Positions 56,232 to 64,000 of a stretch of DNA of 64,000 bases are shown here, piece after piece. This DNA comes from Balanoglossus misakiensis (taxonomy: Eukaryota > Animalia > Hemichordata), in contig CM082578.2 in the NCBI GenBank assembly GCA_040954595.2, positions 14,166,304 through 14,230,303 of the forward strand, given 5' to 3'. Both the position numbers and the translations under genes were made by a program. Below the pieces are notes generated by a model. The model was not told the origin of the DNA. It was given only the letters and a program-made list of their open reading frames with translations, and did no database searches. Within the stretch, counting starts at the first letter, position 1, and each line of letters begins with the position of its first letter.

Positions 56232-59200
56232 CTACAGGGCCAAATTGTCTACTAACACATGCAGTTTACAGCACTCACTTATTCCAGTTTTCCGCTCTTT
56301 CATATTACGCATTGGTACTGACTCTGGTGTTCCGCCTGTATCCGTACGACCACGAGCCATCATCTACGGTTTTGATAAAAAAAAAAACATGGAGAAAATA
56401 GCTCGGATTGAAATCACAAGCACGTCACACAAAAATTGCAATGAGTCCGTCTTATGGCATAAGTGCCGCTCCATTTCTTTCTGGGGTTTTTTCTTCAATT
56501 TTTTACTAGTTTGACACAATGAGCTGCATGCCGTAAGTCAAATTGCGCGCATCTTTTAAAGTTCACCCAGATGCGTATCCTTTTAAGCCACTTGACTAAC
56601 ACAGTCGACGTCTGGGGCTGATGAATTAAAGTTCCTTATTGCGGATAATTTGTATCAGAATCACTTGTGTAGCGATGAGACGGGTGATGTTGTAAACTTT
56701 CGACCCAGAGTATGAACTTTCTATTTTTAACAGAAGGCAACATGGAATCCTCCCCACAAATAAAAATATTCTAAAAACTCTACTATGAAAAGTTGTTGAA
56801 AGAAATACACCCCAGAAACTGACCTTAGAAAACGCTCGTCTGAAGTTTCTGTTAAACACAACATATATGATAGGGTTGTAAACGGTGCTTGTCTTCGCAA
56901 AGACTGCCGGGATTGTTGCAGTGACTGGACTGATGGAATTCGGGTTTCCGAACGTTGCCATCAATGCGATGACCGAATACGGAGTCCAGGCGATTAGGTA
57001 TGCCAAGGCTATCGCGAAAGCTACTTTCAGGAAGTGTCTTTGTCTACAAGGTAAAATTCGAACAAAAATAAAAATAACTTCCGTCTGATTTTGTCGTTCC
57101 GATCGTATAGCGTGCTCTGTAAAATTAGCTCAAAACGCACCCCTGGTCATGTTGGTTTACCTGTGTTCGTAAGCATACTACACAAGAAAAGGCAAACTAC
57201 TTTGAACTGTTCATGTTTGTCTTACGTGCCTGCTTGCTTTTTACAGATCACCCAAAGGCAGATACGATCGCAACTTTTTCGTGGCTACTTACATTTTAAT
57301 ATTTTGCTTTGCTTTGTTCGAATGCGCACCCCAAGACTCCTGAATCATGGCCGCGGCTTTCATCTTCCAAAACACACCAGCGTAGCAGAACGCCATGATG
57401 GCTATCGGGAGGACAAATGAAAAGAGAAAGAGACAAACGACGTACGACAGAACGTTTGTTTTGTCAGATTGCCACAGCACGCTACACATGGTGCCCGCAC
57501 CTTCGAAGGTATATGTTGACCAGCCGATCAAGGGAAATATAGACCAAATAAAGGACCATATCCAAGCCACGGCCGCCATCTGTATGGCCCTCTGGTGCGT
57601 AAGGCTGACACCTATATGCGAAACAAAATGAAAATAAATCTTATAAATTTAGTATATGTATGCACAGGGAATAATGACATGTTGCTGCCAAAATATTGAA
57701 GCGTTTAATGATGGTTTTGGCATAAAGCTCGCGATGGTATGACTAGGATATGGTATCTTAACCAAGAAATTGTGAATAATAGGCGATACGAAAAGAAAAG
57801 TGCACACGACTATTTCCCGCAAAATGAGAAAATATAATACAAATGCTTGTGAAAATGGGGAAAAACAGACGAGGGAACTCAGAGGTTATTTATTGAAAGA
57901 ATCTGGTCATAAACGTAACCATGAAACGTAAATAGAAATCTTGACGCTGTGATGTGACGAATCGGGCGTTTAAAAGGAAAATGGCCATGCACACGTTTTG
58001 GTAATCACAAACCGAATGAAAAATAATGAGATTGAAAATAAGAACATATAACGTGTGGCCTTGAGTTTAGGATCACTCTCAATCATGTGAGACTCGACTC
58101 AAATGAATGCCGAGTGTAAAACTTTAATAGTACTGCAGACCATTAAACCACAGTCTGTGATTAAAAACCACAGTCTCTCCGTCCAAGAGATTAAACAATA
58201 TATCCTAAGGGGGCAAAGCTCGTTCTTTACAGTGTAGAATTGAAATTTGCGAACAGAAAATAGAACTGCGTGTTGGAAAACTGGCTGCAATTGGTGGTTG
58301 ATTTGCGTCGAACTCTGCGTGTACATTGTAGTAAATGCGTAAATCGAGTAAATGCGTGTGTTGATTCTAGCGAAGATTAGACACCATGCATGAATCAGTG
58401 ATTGTCTTTCTGTCAAAATAGATTACTCCGGTGGTCGTCGTGATGGAACTTGTCACGTTTTCGGATTCGGGCAACATAGTACCTACTGTAAAACATTTGA
58501 CGAATCTATCTCAGTCTGTAAAGTCATCTAGTTATGTATATAATACTAGTATTCGTGGTGTATATCCGTACGATAAGTGTGAATTAGGCTATTGTCACAG
58601 GATTGGCGCAGTGAGTCTATGGACGAGACAGGAAAGTTCCTCGGTGTTATGGTTGCCATAGTGACCTCACTTTAAAAGTTGCGATTAAACCAATAAAGAA
58701 AATAATAGTAGTTCTAGCACTATTTGCAATAACAAGATACAAGATCGATTTCATAAAGTACTTTGTCTGACTACGCCAGACATTATTTGCACTACAAGTG
58801 CCAAACTGACAATTCAAAGTCTCTTACCGATGTGCGGTTTGACGACGATGATGTATCTATCGATGGCGATCATAGCATGAGTGTTCAGGGAAACGAGACC
58901 CAGGAAAGTGTTAGCAAATCCATACCTGCAAGGAGCGATATGCAGATTACAACTTGAAGGACATCCGTAATCGAGCGAGTGTCGCTCGCGGCTACTCGGG
59001 ATAAAGAACATCCAAACAAACCTTGAGGTCGGCAACGGAAAAGCTCACATCCGTGGGCTCGTTAGTCCATGCACTTATATATTATAGGAGATAGCTTTTG
59101 ACACACAGATTTTGGCATTTGCACAAGATGTGATTTATTGGAGGTTTGGTGGTGATGCGGGGTTGTAGTGTCCGTTGTGGTGGCAACGGCGTTGCATGAC

Positions 59201-59838
59201 CGTGTTTTAATGAACCAAAAAACCATGCAGAACTAGTACTGCTTTTTATTCGCACGAACTTGCGTCAGAAGGTTTAAATATTCCTGCTTCTTTGTCATTA
59301 TTCCGATTAGTCCTCCAAGATGAACAAAAAGCAATGACACGGTGGAGACCTAATGTTTATAACATGTAAAGTAATACCCCTGACAGAATTAACCAAAACC
59401 CTATGTCATGGCCCATTGATCAGGCAATATAAAGCACCTATTTCGTAATTACATTTGTTAAAATTCAGAATAAGTTTTGAACTGTGGATTAAGTATGTTG
59501 AGAAATCTCTCTGCATCTATACGTACTGGAAATGTCTATTAAACATTTTACTGCGTGTGTGAGAGCGAAAAACATCAAACCTACCACTTGCAACCACCCT
59601 CTCCATACAACCATCGCTTTGCGAGACTAGAAGAAGCAGAAAACGGGTTGCCGACGACAGATATGGCCAGGTCGCTCACTGCAATCGAGAGGATAAACAT
59701 ATTTGTCGGCGTCCGTAAGTTCTTCTCTCTGACGAAGGCCCACACCACCATGCTGTTACCCAAGAGACCCGCAACGCCTATCAGTGCGATAGAGACACCG
59801 GTGATGTAGTAACCCGCGCTGCCAAAGGATTTCTCCAT
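56232..59838 (-). CDS. Opsin (rhodopsin-family GPCR with Schiff-base lysine); sequence most like non-visual ciliary TMT/encephalopsin/pteropsin types
   Basis: Exons 59838-59585, 58925-58828, 57611-57293, 57043-56824 and a probable last exon 56363-56232. Motifs include GN, LRTPTNMFILSIAVSD, GCKWYGFANTFLG, DRY, PLIGWSTYTFEGAGTMCS (E181 counterion, C187), AWTPYS and FAKTSTVYNPIIY (K296 codon at 56895-56893). Confidence 0.93.
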
Positions 59839-60692
59839 GTCGCTAACACCGAAAAGCTGAAGATGCTGTACACATGCCCTCGTGGCAAATCCGACAATGT
59901 GAGGAAAACAGAGCGCATTTAAAGGATGTGTACCGTTCTTTGCTTGTCACTCTTCAAGACAGCGCTGATTATGCATAACGTAAGATAAATCGATAAGATG
60001 AAACAGAAGACCTAGCTAAACAGTATATATTGTGTTCACACCTTTTTATGGTCGGAAAATATACACGTGGGTGACTTGCTCATTACAGGTAAAGGTCATC
60101 ACAACATTAATGGCCAATGAACTGTTACCTGATTAAAACCACCTCCCAGCCTTCTTTGGCAACTCCGTGTGAATTTTCCCCCGGGAGGAAACTACCTCAC
60201 CTAAACGACAAAACTAAATTCATGTACATGCTTTGTTGGATCCACCAAGAAAATTAAGAGTTAAACGGTTTATCTGTCTAAAACGCTTTGTGATTTTGTA
60301 GTACTTTAAAAAACAAAGTGGCAGGAGCGGCATATGGCAGGGCAACTGCTGAGATTGTTTTAATAAACCAATGAAAGTCCACAATTAGGCCTAGGCCTAC
60401 TTTTATCATGGAGGGATTGCCCACCTGGTGAGCCATCCAGCCACCCATTGCAGCTTGCCTATTTATGTTAATCTGATATATAGAAAATGTCTAATATGTC
60501 TTGAATCCGCTGAGGATGTCTTCCACTTTTTTTCATTTGGTCTTAGAAATAGACAGAGCGCAGTCCCCGACATGACAACCCAGTTTACACGTAACTTTCA
60601 ATGTTTGCTGTGCTGTAAAGGCGTCCCAACGATAGATGACCCGGAAGTATATATCAACAAGGTCAACTCAAGAAATTCAGGAAGAAGCGAAA

Positions 60693-63600
60693 ATGGCGCA
60701 CTACAAAGGTGCTGCGAGTGAAGCTGGTCGTGCTATGCATCTTATGAAAAAACGAGAAAAAGAAAAGGAGAAATTAGAACAGTTAAAGCAAAAAATTGAA
60801 CAGGTAAACGTTTTAATGTAATGCTTAGTGCCATAGAAAAAGTTACCATAGTGATAGTCTACTATGAGATCACATGCCATGTTGTTGTTTTGGGGGAAAA
60901 CTGAATGTTTAGATCTGTGATGATAGGGGCTAGTCCAGGGCGAAAAATAATGAGGAGGTACAAAATGTGTGTAGCACTTGTGTCATGGGGGTTGTCACTG
61001 GCTTTGCCAATCAATCCTGGTCGGCTAAAAACGTGTGTCAATTCATGTTGAAACACTTCTGGTGTGTGTGTGTGTGGGGGGGGGGGGGTCTATGAGGGAA
61101 ACCAACATTACCCCCCCCCCACACACACACACACATACACCAAACAGCTGTGTTACCACAGCAATATCAAACAATTCAAGAAAAGTGTTACCACAGAAAT
61201 AGTGACACACAATTGTTTCACTTTTGTCTGTAGGATAACTTTGCAAAAATCGCCACAATAAGCAGTAAATTTTCTTCACATTATGATGCTGTAGAACAAC
61301 AGTTGAAGACAGAGACTGTAGGTAAGTTTACATTCTGCATGCAGATTGTGTTATTTCATTGCCAAAAAACTCATAACAACATTCCTCTTTGGTAAAAGAG
61401 GGATAAGTTTAATATCATATACAGTACATTGACAGTTATGTAGACATGTATACTTATAATGCTAATATTGGTCATGATCTGAACCACTGCAATATTCATA
61501 GGTCTGGTCACGCTGACTGAGATGAAAGCTAAAAGAGATGATCTAGTCAAAGAAAGGGAAAAGGAGCTTGCAAAGGCAGCCCCTCATGCACTGAAGGCTG
61601 CGTAAGTACTTAACATCTCAAATTCTGTGTCACTGAACTTCAAATGGCAAAATCTCTATCATTTAATTACCATCGTTGTCTAATGTTTACATTAAAAGTT
61701 TAACACTCTGTTCAATGGTCTACACCAAGTAAAGCTGCCAGCCGACCTTGGTTCATTTTGGGGAAGCTTTTGGTGATGCATGATCTGTTCTTATGTCAAA
61801 CAACCAGAGAAAAAAGGAAGAAAGAAAAACAACAACAGAAGCAGAAAGCTGCATTATCATTTGATGTGGAGGAGGATGACGACGACGATGTTGATGATGA
61901 TGATGATGACGACAGCGATTATGAAGAAAAAGAACTTGTTCTTTTCAAGAAGAAGAAGTTGGGAAAAAATCCAGATGTAGATACAAGTTTTTTACCAGAC
62001 AAAGATAGGGAGGTTGGTTGGTCAGATAAAATGTGTTTTTGCTTGGGTGTCTCTCAAAATCAGACAAAGGACATTACACTCCATTTCAATAACATTTTGC
62101 TCAGAATCACATTTTTGTAGTTGTGTCTACAGTCAATTCATGACTATGCCGGAAATAATTCCCACTATAAATATGTTTAAAATGTAGTGTGCCGTACACA
62201 GTCACTCAGTAATTCATCCGAAGTCATATTGTTGTTACTCTCCATTCGCCAGATGGGATGAATTTGAGTTCCAAGTTTTGAATTTTGCAGGAAGAAGACA
62301 ACAAACTTCGTGAACAACTCCGTCAAGAATGGGTAGCTAAACAAGAAAAGTTAAAAAGTAAGTGCAATTGACTGTGTTATGATCCAGTTGGACAGAGAAA
62401 TCCTTGTTGTCGATCAGATGTAAAGTGCATCATCACATTCTACCCACGATTTTTCTCTACATTTGTTTACAGGTGAAGATGTGGAGATTACGTTCAGTTA
62501 TTGGGATGGGTCAGGTCATCGAAGATCTGTTCAGGTGAGAAGATATCACAGTTAATTTAATTATGCGACCATAACAGCAATTCATCAAAAGTGGAATAAG
62601 AATAATTCTTTTTTAATGCTTCTCTTCTGCAGATGAAAAAAGGCAGCACCATGCAGTACTTCCTGCAGAAAGCTCTTGAAATGCTTCGGAAAGATTTCCA
62701 TGAGCTCAAGTGAGTACAACTGCAATGCTTCAACAGATAGATATTTTTGACCTGTTAATGACTCGCTTCATATTTTGTCCCCAGAACTTCTTTGCACTGT
62801 TTCTCGACAATTGCAGTGGTGTTGTTGGCTAGATCTGGAGAGTAAATATGGCTGAGTCAGAACAAGAACAGTCGATGATCATCAGTGATCATATTCATTT
62901 TAATTCATTTTTCTGCAGATCAGCAACAGTAGAAAATCTTATGTACATCAAAGAGGATCTGATCATCCCTCATGTAAGTATCAAACCAATTAACTGAAAC
63001 AAAGTTATTCTCTTGGGTATATGGGAGTTCTGTCCAGATTCTGAGCTGATTTGTGTGTGCAGCCTATGGACCCTCAAAAAAGTTGCATTGCACTGCTTTG
63101 CAAGCTCAGTCTGCTTAACTTCTTGTATTCTTATTTTTTATCCAGCATTACAGTTTTTATGACTTCATTGTGACAAAGGCCAGAGGAAAAAGTGGTATGT
63201 ACTGATAGATCTTTGATTTCTTGGCACAGAGCAGTTAACTCATAAAAATCAATTTTATCATTTCCCCAAAAATCAGTCGGTCAGTCAGTCACAGGCGAAA
63301 CAAGAAGGAAGAATTCTCAAGGACTGTACCTAAAATTGCTAAATTCACCATCCCTATGGATGGCATTCTAACCACTGCATAATGATTCTCCCCTATTGTG
63401 TATCACTGCATGCAAAGATTTTACTGTTGCCTTTTTTACCTAGGTCCACTCTTCAGCTTTGATGTCCATGACGATATTAGGATAATCAATGATGCCACAG
63501 TTGAAAAAGACGAGGTGAGCATTTTTACTTCCTGTGCTATTGATCGATCAGGTTTCCTTGGTGTCAACTGTTTGTGGCAAGCAACCCACACATTTGAGAC

Positions 63601-63989
63601 ACACTATGTAACGAATCCTCACATATTCATTTTTTTCCTTTCCCAAAGTCTCATGCCGGGAAAGTTGTTTTGAGAAGTTGGTTCGAGAGAAATAAGCACA
63701 TCTTCCCTGCCAGTCGATGGGAACCCTATGATCCAGAAAAGAAGTGGGATAAATACACAGTGAGTCATCCAGTTTGAATTGAAAGATCACATGCTTTACT
63801 TTGCAACTGATTGGTCATGCAGAGAGATTTGTTCAAACAGAACATTGTAACTGGTTTGGGCAGGGGAACTGTGGTAAGATCTTGAAGTTTTACATGTTGG
63901 TCTTGCAACGTAGGACTCATTTATGAAATCACACATAACTCTTCTCATGTTTACTTTTACAGATATCTGATGGAAGAGGAAAGCTCTGA
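60693..63989 (+). CDS. FAM50A: FAM50/XAP5 family nuclear (spliceosome-associated) protein
   Basis: [131 protein letters not shown]. The last exon, 63963-63989, ends in TGA. Confidence 0.95.
61063..61140. repeat. Inverted microsatellite (TG)n-poly(G)...poly(C)-(AC)n
   Basis: A (TG)n run plus a G run is followed about 20 nt later by a C run plus (AC)n, in FAM50 intron 1. Confidence 0.8.
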
Positions 63990-64000
63990 GACTTTTGAGA

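Noticed and set aside
59843-59875. 10-codon upstream ORF ending 4 nt before the opsin ATG
   Set aside because: The TAG could equally be a splice acceptor for an unseen upstream exon. The two cannot be told apart without a TSS.
1-64000. tRNA, rRNA, CRISPR arrays, SECIS elements or autonomous transposase/RT ORFs
   Set aside because: None was recognisable by eye. Small RNAs cannot be excluded without an Infernal/tRNAscan search.

Overview
Intron-rich animal genomic DNA, probably from an invertebrate deuterostome (ambulacrarian/acorn-worm-like; this is an inference). I assembled nine spliced protein-coding genes by hand. In order: a MARCH-like RING-CH membrane E3 ligase (-), a CpG-rich gene-free stretch of about 10 kb, MGLL (+), ABTB1 (-), an 11-exon fusion of the bacterial-type TIGR04282 (DUF2064) and TIGR04283 (GT2) 'arsenosugar biosynthesis' transferases with an N-terminal membrane anchor (+), CEP41 (-), MEST (+), RPN1 (-), an opsin with the retinal-binding lysine (-) and FAM50 (+). 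Five observations stand out. (1) The intron-containing fused transferase may point to an animal arsenosugar or related pathway. (2) The opsin's neighbours map in human next to RHO (3q21-22), OPN1SW (7q32) and OPN1LW (Xq28), suggesting an intact pre-duplication visual-opsin neighbourhood. (3) CEP41 has two minor-spliceosome (U12) introns, one GT-AG and one AT-AC. (4) MEST has a pair of duplicated, mutually exclusive 41-nt exons. (5) Introns contain Crypton-like and piggyBac-like non-autonomous elements. Exon coordinates were read by eye and may be off by a few bases. Comparisons with known families come from memory; no searches were run.
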